From NCBI GenBank assembly GCA_963704885.1, contig CAVPIB010000019.1, positions 1 through 64,000 of the forward strand: a stretch of DNA of 64,000 nt, given 5' to 3'. Made by a program: the position numbers and the translations under genes. The notes below the pieces were generated by a model, which did not search any database, was not told the origin of the DNA, and worked only from the letters and a program-made list of their open reading frames with translations. Shown here in pieces: positions 27,577-36,924 of this stretch; within the stretch, counting starts at the first letter, position 1, and every line of letters begins with the position of its first letter. The DNA comes from an uncultured Actinomycetes bacterium. GTDB taxonomy: Bacteria > Actinomycetota > UBA4738 > HRBIN12.

Positions 27577-28218
27577 ATGAGTGCCTCCAGATACGAAACC
27601 GTTCTTCGGATCGGCACAGGTGTGGCGTCCCTCATAGCCGGACTCGCCTGGGTGATGAGGAATGTCGCTGACCGGATGTCGTCCCAGGACTACATGGCAT
27701 GCGGTTCGCTCTACGGCTATACCGTGAGCGCCATCGAGACCGTCGCATTCCTGGCGATGGTCCCTGCCCTGATCGGGTTGTTCGTGTGGTACAGAAGATC
27801 TGGTCGGGGTTGGTTAGGGGTGACAGCCATCATCGCCGCGGTCGGGTTTGCGATGGCCGGGATCGTCAACGTCCTGGAGCACTGTTTCGTCGGTACGATC
27901 ACCTTCCCCTTTCCGCTTTTCACCGGTTTCGCAGAACCCTCGCCCTACGTCTTGGGGATGCTGCTGGCGTTCTTCGTGATCCCCTTCGCGCTGGCTCTGA
28001 CCCGAGTGTCGTTCGTTCCCACATGGTCCGCATGGTTGCTGGTCATCGGGACGATCTCGTTCTTCGCGGTGAATCAGCAGGGCGGCTCGGTCTTACTTGG
28101 CGGTTCCTTGGCCATCTTGGGGACCTACTTGCTCACCCACGATGTGCCGCCACTGGAGAACGATGGCGGCGTGGGAGGCGACGTCGTTCCGAACGAGGCC
28201 GCCAGCATGGTGAACTGA
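27577..28218 (+). CDS. hypothetical multi-pass membrane protein
   Basis: About six hydrophobic segments. AAGGGA RBS upstream of the ATG. Confidence 0.65.
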   Translation: MSASRYETVLRIGTGVASLIAGLAWVMRNVADRMSSQDYMACGSLYGYTVSAIETVAFLAMVPALIGLFVWYRRSGRGWLGVTAIIAAVGFAMAGIVNVLEHCFVGTITFPFPLFTGFAEPSPYVLGMLLAFFVIPFALALTRVSFVPTWSAWLLVIGTISFFAVNQQGGSVLLGGSLAILGTYLLTHDVPPLENDGGVGGDVVPNEAASMVN

Positions 28219-28325
28219 GGGGGGTGTGAGGTCGTAGGCAAGGCTACCCGGCCGCTCCGTTCGCGCCAGGCGACATCTCAGCTCAGGCGCCTGCGACGTG
28301 CTCTTCCGAGACAAGTGTCCGGACG

Positions 28326-28817
28326 CTACCCCTTCTGAAGGTGCGCCTCCAGGAACCAGAGGTCGGTGTCGACCTGGCGGGAGACCTCCGTGAACAGGTC
28401 ACTCGTGTCGGTGTCACCCAGCTTCTCCGACGAGTCGATCGCGCTCCTCGAGCTCTCCGCGTAAGCGGCGAACCGGTCGGCGAGCGCCGTCACGGCGTCC
28501 ATGCCGTTCAGTGCCTCAGCCGGGTACTCGCTCAAAGCGGATGCCGCCGCCGCCATGCGCGCCGTGCCGAGCGCCGTACCTCCGAGCGTGGTCGCGCGCT
28601 CCGCGATCAGGTCGACGAACCCGATCAGGTGACCCGCCAGCTGATCGAACAAAAGGTGCAGCTGGATGAAGTCGCTCCCCTTCACGTTCCAGTGCGCGAA
28701 CTTCGCCTGCGAGTACAGGTCGAGCGTGTCGGCCAGCTGCCCGTTGAGCAACGCCACCAACGCTTCCCGCTGCTCGGCGGGGATGTCGTGGCGTGTCGTG
28801 TGCATCGTGACGGTCAT
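28326..28817 (-). CDS. dps: DNA starvation/stationary phase protection protein
   Basis: KFAHWNVKG..FIQLHLLFD, DLIAER, LWFLEAH. AAGGAGG RBS. Confidence 0.95.
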   Translation of the reverse strand: MTVTMHTTRHDIPAEQREALVALLNGQLADTLDLYSQAKFAHWNVKGSDFIQLHLLFDQLAGHLIGFVDLIAERATTLGGTALGTARMAAAASALSEYPAEALNGMDAVTALADRFAAYAESSRSAIDSSEKLGDTDTSDLFTEVSRQVDTDLWFLEAHLQKG

Positions 28818-28899
28818 CGTGTCCTCCTTCCGTGCATGATCTTCCACCCCCAGCGTACGCCTTGACGCGCCGTCATCGAAGTCCGCACACTCGGGCGGG

Positions 28900-29306
28900 A
28901 TGCGCGATCGACCTGGACTTCGCTCCGTGTGCGTGGACTGCGCGCACCCTGCTCCGTTGGCACGCTTCTGGGCCGACGCTCTGGGTTGGACCCTCCGTCC
29001 GTACGACACCGACGACCTGGAATGGCTGGCCTCCCAAGGTCTCACTCCCGAGACCGACACCAGCGTCTGCGTCAGATCCCCCGGATGCCGCCTTCCCAAC
29101 GCTCTGGTTCAACGAGGTCCCCGAGCCGAAGATCGGTAAGGTCCGGATCCACCTGGACGTCAACGTGGCGGATGCCTCAGGCCTGGAGCGGCTCATCGAG
29201 AACGGCGCCACGAGCGTGGAGCCACACGGGCGGCAACGACTGGACCATCATGGCCGATCCCGAGGGCAACGAGTTCTGCGTGTTCATCTTGGATCAAGCC
29301 GGCTAG
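28900..29306 (+). pseudogene. VOC/glyoxalase family protein split by two frameshifts (real or sequencing error)
   Basis: VDCAHPAPLARFWADALGW, LWFNEVPEPKIGKVRIHLDV and WTIMADPEGNEFCV lie in three different frames. Confidence 0.8.
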
Positions 29307-29325
29307 CGCGGGCCCGAGCTTGGGG

Positions 29326-29396
<71 letters not shown>

Positions 29397-29434
29397 GGAA
29401 CGCCACCAGCCTAGCAACTGCGATACTCGCCGCC

Positions 29435-30304
29435 GTGGAGATCGGGTTCCGGCTGGTCGATGTGTTCACCGAGGTGCCGTTCGCGGGGAACCAGCTCTGC
29501 GTGGTGCCCGAGCCGCGCGCCGAACTGGACACCGCCATCATGGCGATGATCGCTCAGGAGATCGGGTTCTCGGAGACGGCTTTCGTCACAGGGATCCGCC
29601 CCCGCGGATACGACGTCCGTATCTTCACGCCGAACGACGAGCTCCCGTTCGCGGGCCATCCCACGCTCGGAACCGCATACACGCTCGTATCCGAGAGGCG
29701 GCTGGAGGCCAGGGCCGTGCAGACGACGGCGGCCGGAGACGTGCCGGTCGACGTGGATCTTGAGGAGGGCACCGCGTGGATGCGGCAGCTTCCACCCGTC
29801 TTCGGGGAGCCGGTGGCCGACCGCGACGCCGTGGCGCACGCCGCCGGCCTGGAACCCAGCGACCTGATCGATGGATCGCCGATCCTCTCCGTATCGGTGG
29901 GTATCCCGCATCTGATGGTGCCCGTGCGGGACGAGGCGGCGCTCCGGCGCGCGGCCCGGGACGAGGCGGGCTGCTCGGCCGTATGTGTCGCAACCAGCAC
30001 GGAATCGCTCTATCTCTTCGCGGTCCGCGCCGCGGGCGATGTGATGGCCCGGATGTTCGACCGGTGGCTAGCGATCGGAGAGGACCCCGGCACGGGCTCT
30101 GCTGCGGGCCCGCTAGGTGCGTATCTCGCCGTCCACGGGCTGGCGGGTATGCCCGGACGAGTGGTGGTCGCGCAGGGCGAGCTGGTCGGCCGACCGAGCT
30201 TCCTGCACGTCGACGTGCGATCCGACGGCGACACGTTCGTGATCAGGGTTGGCGGCGGAGTGCGGATCGTGGGCGGAGGTTCGTTCCTGATCGATCCGGC
30301 CTAG
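29435..30304 (+). CDS. PhzF family isomerase/epimerase
   Basis: VDVFT...GNQL, SETAFV, RIFTP..ELPFAGHPTLG, EDPGTGSA. Confidence 0.92.
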   Translation: MEIGFRLVDVFTEVPFAGNQLCVVPEPRAELDTAIMAMIAQEIGFSETAFVTGIRPRGYDVRIFTPNDELPFAGHPTLGTAYTLVSERRLEARAVQTTAAGDVPVDVDLEEGTAWMRQLPPVFGEPVADRDAVAHAAGLEPSDLIDGSPILSVSVGIPHLMVPVRDEAALRRAARDEAGCSAVCVATSTESLYLFAVRAAGDVMARMFDRWLAIGEDPGTGSAAGPLGAYLAVHGLAGMPGRVVVAQGELVGRPSFLHVDVRSDGDTFVIRVGGGVRIVGGGSFLIDPA

Positions 30305-30714
30305 AGCGGAGCGCACGACACGCTGGGGGAGACCACGGTGTCGTTGGTGCCTGTGACGTTAACCTGCACCATTAGAGGAAGGGTCTGCCCCACTTCCACG
30401 ACCCCGCCGCTAACATACGTCGGCCCCCCCGACAGGAACTCTGCGATCGTGCCCTCCGCTGGCAACAGCTCGCAGCGGACGTTGCCCGCCTCGGTGCCCG
30501 AGTTATCCACGCTGACGCGGAAGCACGCAGGCGCGCCCTGATCCGCGGGACACGTCGTGGCGGCGACCTCGGCGATGGTGAAGGCCGGTCCCGAACCGGG
30601 GGGCGCGACCGCTCGGAACAGCAGTAGCGCGAACAGCCCGAGGGCCACGATCAGGAGCATCACGAACACGTTCGTGGCGTTCAGTGTCCGGTGAGCGGGG
30701 GAAGCGGTCTCCAT
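30301..30714 (-). CDS. hypothetical membrane-anchored protein with four Cys
   Basis: N-terminal TM helix and a beta-rich extracellular part. TAGGGT lies 6 nt upstream of the ATG. Confidence 0.65.
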   Translation of the reverse strand: METASPAHRTLNATNVFVMLLIVALGLFALLLFRAVAPPGSGPAFTIAEVAATTCPADQGAPACFRVSVDNSGTEAGNVRCELLPAEGTIAEFLSGGPTYVSGGVVEVGQTLPLMVQVNVTGTNDTVVSPSVSCAPL

Positions 30715-30750
30715 GCCGCGACCCTACCCCCCTCCTTCGACCGCCAGCAA

Positions 30751-30779
30751 CGGCCGAACGGCTCCCGGCCGAACGGCTC
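30751..30779 (+). repeat. 14-bp direct repeat CGGCCGAACGGCTC x2 (period 15)
   Basis: Copies at 30751-30764 and 30766-30779, in the divergent promoter region upstream of tRNA-Pro. Confidence 0.8.
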
Positions 30780-30806
30780 GGGCCCGGTGTCGTAGCATCG
30801 ACGCTG

Positions 30807-30881
30807 CGGGACGTAGCGCAGCCTGGTTAGCGCACCTGGTTTGGGACCAGGAGGTCGGCGGTTCGAATCCGCCCGTCCCGA
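30807..30881 (+). tRNA. tRNA-Pro(UGG)
   Basis: CGGGACG/CGTCCCG stem, CCTGG-TTTGGGA-CCAGG anticodon arm. Confidence 0.95.
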
Positions 30882-30884
30882 CAG

Positions 30885-31664
30885 GTGAAGAGATCGCTGT
30901 TCTTCTCGCTGGCGTTGATGTTGTTCTTCGCTGCGCAGGCAGCTCACGTGACCGCGGCGCCGCTCGGTCCGACGGCTCAGGTCTTGCGCCCGAACCTGGT
31001 TACGCTCCCGATCGGAGATCTGTCCATCGTGCGAAAGGGAGGCGCGAGACTCCTTCGCTTCGCGAATGCCGTCGGTAATCGTGGGCCCGGCGTGCTTGAG
31101 CTGTTCCCCGTCGCAGACGACTGCGACGGGAACGGCGACCCGCAGGATGATCGCTCCGTCTTCCAGCGGCTGTACGCCGACACGAACGGCAACGGCGTCT
31201 TCGACCGCGGTGTGGACGAGGCGGCCGCCGAGGGCTTCGCGGGCTGCGTGTTCTTCCACCCACAACACGACCACTGGCATCTTGAAGACTTCGCACGCTA
31301 CGTCCTCAGCAAACCGAAGAACGGCCGCGTGGTGGCGCTTTCGGACAAGGTGTCGTTCTGTATGCGCGACAGCATCGCCCGTTGGCGCAGGCTGCCCGGC
31401 GCTCCGAGGGCGCCCTACTACGGGGAGTGCACGCAGGACGGCACGACGGGGATGTCGGTCGGCTGGGCGGACGTCTACAGCGCGGACCTGTACGGGCAAT
31501 CGATAGCGCTGAGAGGCGTCCCCGACGGACGTTACTGCCTGACGTCGATCGCCGATCCATCGGGGCGTATCGACGAGACCGTCGACGGCGACAACGACCG
31601 ATCCTTGCTCATCCGTGTGCGAGGACGAGAGGTGCGCCAGATCGGTACGGAGTGCCCCAGCTAG
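30885..31664 (+). CDS. secreted lysyl oxidase family protein
   Basis: Signal peptide, LLRF...N.G, HPQHDHWH, KVSFC, GMSVGWADVY, GQSI...VPDGRY.L...DP...IDE...DN. Confidence 0.85.
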   Translation: MKRSLFFSLALMLFFAAQAAHVTAAPLGPTAQVLRPNLVTLPIGDLSIVRKGGARLLRFANAVGNRGPGVLELFPVADDCDGNGDPQDDRSVFQRLYADTNGNGVFDRGVDEAAAEGFAGCVFFHPQHDHWHLEDFARYVLSKPKNGRVVALSDKVSFCMRDSIARWRRLPGAPRAPYYGECTQDGTTGMSVGWADVYSADLYGQSIALRGVPDGRYCLTSIADPSGRIDETVDGDNDRSLLIRVRGREVRQIGTECPS

Positions 31665-32797
31665 GTGTTCGGGCCGCGCCCGTAGCGGGACATCGTCTCC
31701 ACCAGCAGCGCGTGATCGAGCGCATGGGCGGTGATGCCGTCGCGACCGACCATGGTCTCCGCTCCGACGAGGGCGTTGAGGATGGCCTCCTCGGTCGCCT
31801 CGATCGCGGCCCAGAACAGCGCCGAGATCGCGGTGTCGGGCAGCATGGCCACGTCGAACGGCTCGGGAACGCCGGCCGACTTGTAGGACGATATCCGGCC
31901 GCGGTTGCCGGTGGAGAACGCGATGAACAGGTCTCCGCTGGAGTTCTCTCCACCGCCTCCCACGCGCGCGACACCCAGGCCGGCTCGCTGGGCCAGCCGC
32001 TCGCACTGGTGGGGCAGGAGCGGGGCGTCGGTGGCGAGCACCACGATGATCGACCCGGAGCCCGCTTCGGCCAGCGCATGTGCCTGGTCCCACGCGGAAG
32101 GCACGCTGGCGACCGGGATCTCACGTCCGACCGGAACCCCGTCCACCATGAGGCGTTCGCGGGAACCGTAGTTGGCCTGCACTAGCGCGCCGACGGTCCA
32201 CCCGCCGTCCTCATCGGTCAGCCGGCGCGAGGCGGTACCCGTCCCGCCCTTGAAGTCGTGGCAGATCATGCCGGTGCCGCCGCCAACGTTGCCTTCGGCG
32301 ACCTGACCGCTCGTGGCGCCATCCAACGCCGAACGGACGTGATCGGACGTGACGTGGAAACCGTTGATGTCGTTAAGCGCGCCGTCGTAGGTCTCACCAA
32401 CGACCGGAAGACTCCAGAAGACCTCGCTCCGCAGGTTCTTCTGACGGACGTCGGCCGCGACCAGGGCGTCGCGGACCACACCGACGCTGTGCGTGTTCGT
32501 GATGGCGATCGGTGTAGTCAGCTGACCGGACTCGCGCACCCACTCCAGCCCGGTCAGCTCGCCGTTGCCGTTCAGACGGTGACACCCTGCGAACAAGGGC
32601 TGAGACCCGATGCCGTCGTGCGGGACGATCATCGTGACCCCCGTGCGCACCGGCCCGCTTCCGACCTCGAGGGAACCGTCGCCTTGGATCAGTGTCGTGA
32701 AGCCGACGCGTACGCCCTCGACGTCCGTGATGGCGTTGAGCGGCCCGGTAGGCAGAAGGCCGACGGTGAGCCCCAGGTCTCGATAGCGGGTCGTCAC
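31661..32797 (-). CDS. P1/DmpA family (S58) aminopeptidase
   Basis: NAITDVEGVRVG, NGNGELTG, PVVGETYDG, EGNVGGGTGM, GSIIVV autocleavage site, SGD. Confidence 0.9.
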   Translation of the reverse strand: MTTRYRDLGLTVGLLPTGPLNAITDVEGVRVGFTTLIQGDGSLEVGSGPVRTGVTMIVPHDGIGSQPLFAGCHRLNGNGELTGLEWVRESGQLTTPIAITNTHSVGVVRDALVAADVRQKNLRSEVFWSLPVVGETYDGALNDINGFHVTSDHVRSALDGATSGQVAEGNVGGGTGMICHDFKGGTGTASRRLTDEDGGWTVGALVQANYGSRERLMVDGVPVGREIPVASVPSAWDQAHALAEAGSGSIIVVLATDAPLLPHQCERLAQRAGLGVARVGGGGENSSGDLFIAFSTGNRGRISSYKSAGVPEPFDVAMLPDTAISALFWAAIEATEEAILNALVGAETMVGRDGITAHALDHALLVETMSRYGRGPNT

Positions 32798-32808
32798 GGC
32801 GCGACAGT

Positions 32809-33117
32809 CTAGAGCAGCGCTCTTGCGGTGGCGGTCACGCCCGCGGCGATCACCACGACCAGCAGTATCGGCGCCTTGCGCCAGATGGCGACACCCGCCG
32901 CGGCCACGCCCAGAACGCGCTCGTCCAGGACCAGGGACTGACCGGAGCCGAACGTGTTGATCGCCACCAGCGCGGCCAGTAGCGCTGGTGCGAGCAGACC
33001 GATGAGGCTCGCAACCCGTGGAGGGAGCGCCCGCCCGCCGAGCAGGATCGGCCCGATCGCCTTGATGACCATGGTCGCTCCGCCCACCAACCCAACCACC
33101 AGCCACGCGTCGGTCAC
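32809..33117 (-). CDS. azlD: AzlD-family membrane protein
   Basis: LLAPALLAALV. Overlaps the azlC stop. Confidence 0.82.
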   Translation of the reverse strand: MTDAWLVVGLVGGATMVIKAIGPILLGGRALPPRVASLIGLLAPALLAALVAINTFGSGQSLVLDERVLGVAAAGVAIWRKAPILLVVVIAAGVTATARALL

Positions 33118-33779
33118 CGGCGCCACCCGAGCAAGCAGGCGGCGCTCGCCGCGATGATGGGCACGCCGGGCGGCGCGATAGGCGTCAGGGCGAGCGCGAT
33201 CACGGCCCCGAGCACTGCCGCCTGTTTGGCTTTCTTGCTCGCTAGCTGCGGGACGAGCAAACCGAGGAAAAGCGCCGGGAACGCGGCATCCAGGCCCAGC
33301 TTGCCGGGATCGCCGATCACATCGCCGAAGAGCACGCCGAGCGTCGTCCCGCTCACCCACGCCACGTACAGCATCAAGCCCGCGCCGACCAGGACGCGAG
33401 GGTTGTAGCGTCCATCGCCCTCCGCCGCGATAGCCCATGATTCGTCCACGACGAGCTGTGCGTGAAGGAACCGGGACCACCACGGTCCCTTGAGATAGGG
33501 CGCCACGCTCACACCGATCGGGGCGTACCGGGCGTTCAGCAGGATCGCGGCCACGACGGCGGTCGCCACGCTCCCGCCGGTGGAGAGCACGGACGTGGCG
33601 GCGAACTGCGCCGATCCGGCGAACGTGGTCCCGGACATCACGATCGGTGCCAGGGTCCCCATTCCGGCGGCGCGCGCGAGGACGCCGAACGACACCCCGA
33701 AACCCAGTACCGCGATCGAGAGTGGAAGGGTGGCGCGCACGCCGTCCCGATGTCCGCGCTCCTGCGCCCCGTCAGCCAT
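33114..33779 (-). CDS. azlC: AzlC-family amino acid exporter
   Basis: FAGSAQFAA, LLNARY, VDESWA, GLDAAFPALF. Confidence 0.9.
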   Translation of the reverse strand: MADGAQERGHRDGVRATLPLSIAVLGFGVSFGVLARAAGMGTLAPIVMSGTTFAGSAQFAATSVLSTGGSVATAVVAAILLNARYAPIGVSVAPYLKGPWWSRFLHAQLVVDESWAIAAEGDGRYNPRVLVGAGLMLYVAWVSGTTLGVLFGDVIGDPGKLGLDAAFPALFLGLLVPQLASKKAKQAAVLGAVIALALTPIAPPGVPIIAASAACLLGWRR

Positions 33780-33823
33780 GGCCCGGCACTCTATCGAGCG
33801 GCCGCCCGTACCCTCTTGGCGAC

Positions 33824-34282
33824 ATGCGGATAACGTCTGCGCTCGACGACCTTCCGGCCGAACGCGTCCGCCGGATCCTGGCTGGGCTGCCCGAGGCTCG
33901 GGGCTATGTCGTCCACGTGAAGCCTCTCCGATACCGGGAGCGGCCCCATCTCTCGGCGTGGACCGACTTCGCCGCACGGACGATCACGCTTCAGGTACCC
34001 GAGCCGTTCTTCCCGTTCGGTGAGGTCGTGCCCTACGGCGCCAAGCGGCGGCCGGGACCACGGCTGCGGTTCATCTGGCTCACCGAGGGCGTCACGTTCC
34101 GGACCCGTCGCGAGGTGCTGCGCTTCCTGTACTGCCATGAGTGGATGCACTGGTACCTGAGAGAGCGACTGGGCAAGAAGTCCTCGGCCGAGACCACGTG
34201 CGATCGGTTCGCGTTGCGCAACTACCGCAGGCGTCTCGTCACGACCCAAGACGCGGATGCCTCGCTCCGGCGCGAACCTTAG
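33824..34282 (+). CDS. small basic protein with a zincin-like HExxH motif
   Basis: CHEWMHW followed by AETTCDRFA. 152 aa, Arg-rich. Confidence 0.65.
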   Translation: MRITSALDDLPAERVRRILAGLPEARGYVVHVKPLRYRERPHLSAWTDFAARTITLQVPEPFFPFGEVVPYGAKRRPGPRLRFIWLTEGVTFRTRREVLRFLYCHEWMHWYLRERLGKKSSAETTCDRFALRNYRRRLVTTQDADASLRREP

Positions 34283-34986
34283 GGAACGCGCTCGACCCAG
34301 ATGAGCCGTGCGGTCGCCGTGCCAAGCGCCATCGCGTGGTCCTCGACCTCCACCGTGACGGCGTCGTCGCTCGAACCGTCGTCGGCGATCGTGACCGCGG
34401 CTCCGGTCACCAGGCCGTTGCGATCCAAGAGCTCCAGCAGGTCGGGCGCGTCGTGCTCCGCGACCTCAGATATCCGCCTGACGCGCGCGGGTTCTCCGCG
34501 CGGCAGATCGGCGAGCGCGACGAGCCGCCCGTACGGCGCCGCTCGTCCGGGGATGACGTTGCCGTGAGGGCAGGTGACCGGCATCCCTAGGTGTTCATCC
34601 AGGTGGTCCGCGACCTCATCGGATACGCCCGGCGCGATCTCCTGAGCGAACGTGTCTGCCGCTGCCCAATCGAAACCGAGCACGTCGGTGAGCCATCGCT
34701 CGAGCAGCCGGTGGACGCGAACCACGGTGTTCGCCAGTCGGGTTCCCTCTGCGGTGAGCGACACGGTCCGGTCGGATCCAACTTCGATCCAACCGTCACG
34801 CTCCAACCGCTGAAGGGTCACGCTGACCGTCGGGGGGCGAACGCCAAGCCATTCGGCTATGCGTCCGGGGCGCACGCGATCCTCTTCGTGCTGGATGTAG
34901 AAGATCGTCTCAACGTAGTGCTTCACGGTCTCGGGTCGGAGCGCTCCCTGGAGAGCCGCTGGTTTGCCCGAACGCGTGGTGGTCAC
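34279..34986 (-). CDS. DtxR/IdeR/MntR family metal-dependent repressor with FeoA-like domain
   Basis: Winged HTH, VRVHRLLERWLTDVLG, CPHGNVIPG, RRISEVAE. Confidence 0.9.
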   Translation of the reverse strand: MTTTRSGKPAALQGALRPETVKHYVETIFYIQHEEDRVRPGRIAEWLGVRPPTVSVTLQRLERDGWIEVGSDRTVSLTAEGTRLANTVVRVHRLLERWLTDVLGFDWAAADTFAQEIAPGVSDEVADHLDEHLGMPVTCPHGNVIPGRAAPYGRLVALADLPRGEPARVRRISEVAEHDAPDLLELLDRNGLVTGAAVTIADDGSSDDAVTVEVEDHAMALGTATARLIWVERVP

Positions 34987-35008
34987 TCCTGCATCGTAGC
35001 CGCCCGCC

Positions 35009-35668
35009 CTACCCCGTCACGGCCGGTGATCCGATGGCGCTCCTCAGCACCTCGACGAACTGCTCCACCCGGGCCTTCTGGCGTTCGGGCTGCTGCTGCC
35101 ATCTGTGAAACAGACCTGGATCGAGCTCCTCGGTGACCAAGGCGTCCTGCAGCGAGCCGGCCAACCAATCCAGCATGGAGACGATCATCTCTAGGTCGAT
35201 GTCGGTGCGGACGTCCCCGCGTGCGATGCCGTACTCCACGAACTCGAGCGTGCCGTACGGGTCCTCCGAGACCAGGAACCGGTTGATATCACGCTTCAGC
35301 GACAGGTCGGTGCCGAAGTTGCCGATCAACGTGACTCGATAGGGAACCAGGTCTTCATGGACCAGGTGCTCGGTGCGCTCCAGCCAGTACACGACGGTTG
35401 TGAAGAACCCTTGATCCAGCACGTCCTTGGGCGCGTCCAGCCATGCTGGGAGCGACGACACCGCCCGCTTGTAGGCCTCCAGGAACAGGGTCGCCTTCGA
35501 TCCGAAGTGCTGGAAGATCGAGCCCTTGGCTATCGAGAGTTCCTTCGCGATGTCCTCGACCCTCGCCCCCTGATAGCCGTGCTGAGCGAAGTGATGCATC
35601 GCGGTCTCCACGATGAGCGAACGCTTCTCCGCGCTCCGGCGATTCCGCGGTGACTTCAGGTCACTCAA
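35009..35668 (-). CDS. TetR/AcrR family regulator
   Basis: FAQHGYQGARVEDIAKELSIAKGSIFQHFGSK. Divergent from the Rieske oxygenase. TTG start inferred. Confidence 0.88.
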   Translation of the reverse strand: MSDLKSPRNRRSAEKRSLIVETAMHHFAQHGYQGARVEDIAKELSIAKGSIFQHFGSKATLFLEAYKRAVSSLPAWLDAPKDVLDQGFFTTVVYWLERTEHLVHEDLVPYRVTLIGNFGTDLSLKRDINRFLVSEDPYGTLEFVEYGIARGDVRTDIDLEMIVSMLDWLAGSLQDALVTEELDPGLFHRWQQQPERQKARVEQFVEVLRSAIGSPAVTG

Positions 35669-35754
35669 GCTTGGTCTCCGTGGGTTCGATGGTGTGGTAC
35701 ACAGCGGCGGAGCGGTCGAGCCCGTGAGACTGACCTGGGTCAGGATAGGACTCG

Positions 35755-36909
35755 ATGGCCATCGAGACAACCCGCGGTACCGAAGCGGCGACGGAGATGC
35801 TGCGGACCCTCCCGGGCTCGGCGTACCTGAGTCATGACCACTTCGCGCGCGAGGCCGAAGCCATCTTCCACCGCGAGTGGTTCCAGGTAGGTAGAGAGGA
35901 GTCGATCCCTGCCACCGGCGACTACCTGCACGTGGAGGTGGCGGGGGAGAGCGTGATCTTGGTCCGCTCGCGAGACGGCGAGCTGCGCGGCTTCTACAAC
36001 GTGTGTCGCCATCGCGGGTCGCAGCTGGTGACGAAGGACGCGCTGAACGGCGGCGACCTGCCGGCGGCGTCCGGACGCTTCAAGGGCTCCATCCGGTGCC
36101 CGTACCACGCCTGGACCTACGGCCTCGACGGGGAGCTGCGGAACGCCCCGTTCCTGAGCGAGAGCGACGGTCTTCGTCGCGAACAGCTGAGCCTTCATCC
36201 CGTGGGCGTCGACACGTGGGGCGGCTTCGTGTTCGTGAACCTGACCCCCTCGGCGATCACGCCCGACCGCTCGCTCCGGGCTCGGCTGGGATCGGCGGTA
36301 GAGCGAACCGCTCGCTACCCGCTGGCGGAGCTGCGGACCGGGCGCCGCATCACCTACGAGGTGGCCGCGAACTGGAAGACGATCGTGGAGAACTACAACG
36401 AGTGCTACCACTGCGGGCCTGTCCATCCTGAGCTCTGCGAGGTGGTGCCGGCGTTCAAGCAGGCCGGTGGCGGCGAGCTGGACTGGGAGGCGGGGATCCC
36501 GCATCGCGACGGAGCAACGACGTTCACGTTCACCGGCACCACCGATCGTGCGCCGTTCCCGGGGTTGTCCGAGGACGAGCGCATCAGGCACAAGGGCGAG
36601 TTGCTCTACCCGAACCTGATGCTCAGTCTCTCGCCCGACCACGTGGCGGCATTCACGCTCTGGCCGCTCGACGCAGGACACACGCGGGTCGTATGCGACT
36701 TCCTGTTCCACCCCGATGAGGTCACGAAGGCCGGATTCGATCCGTCCGACGCGGTCGAGTTCTGGGATCTGGTCAACCGTCAGGACTGGCAGATCTGCGA
36801 GTCGGTGCAGAAGGGCATGTCGTCTCGGGTGTTCGAGTCCGGCTACTACGCCCCCATGGAGGATCAGAGCCTGGACATCCGCCGCTACATCGCCGAGATG
36901 CTCGCCTAG
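35755..36909 (+). CDS. Rieske non-heme iron oxygenase alpha subunit (GbcA/Stc2/choline monooxygenase-like)
   Basis: CRHRG, CPYHAW, NWK...ENYNECYHC...HPEL, QD..ICE.VQ.G. Confidence 0.9.
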   Translation: MAIETTRGTEAATEMLRTLPGSAYLSHDHFAREAEAIFHREWFQVGREESIPATGDYLHVEVAGESVILVRSRDGELRGFYNVCRHRGSQLVTKDALNGGDLPAASGRFKGSIRCPYHAWTYGLDGELRNAPFLSESDGLRREQLSLHPVGVDTWGGFVFVNLTPSAITPDRSLRARLGSAVERTARYPLAELRTGRRITYEVAANWKTIVENYNECYHCGPVHPELCEVVPAFKQAGGGELDWEAGIPHRDGATTFTFTGTTDRAPFPGLSEDERIRHKGELLYPNLMLSLSPDHVAAFTLWPLDAGHTRVVCDFLFHPDEVTKAGFDPSDAVEFWDLVNRQDWQICESVQKGMSSRVFESGYYAPMEDQSLDIRRYIAEMLA

Positions 36910-36924
36910 GGCTGAGCGTCGTGG

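Noticed and set aside
29435-30304. Phenazine biosynthesis
   Set aside because: A stand-alone PhzF-family gene with no other phz genes in the window.
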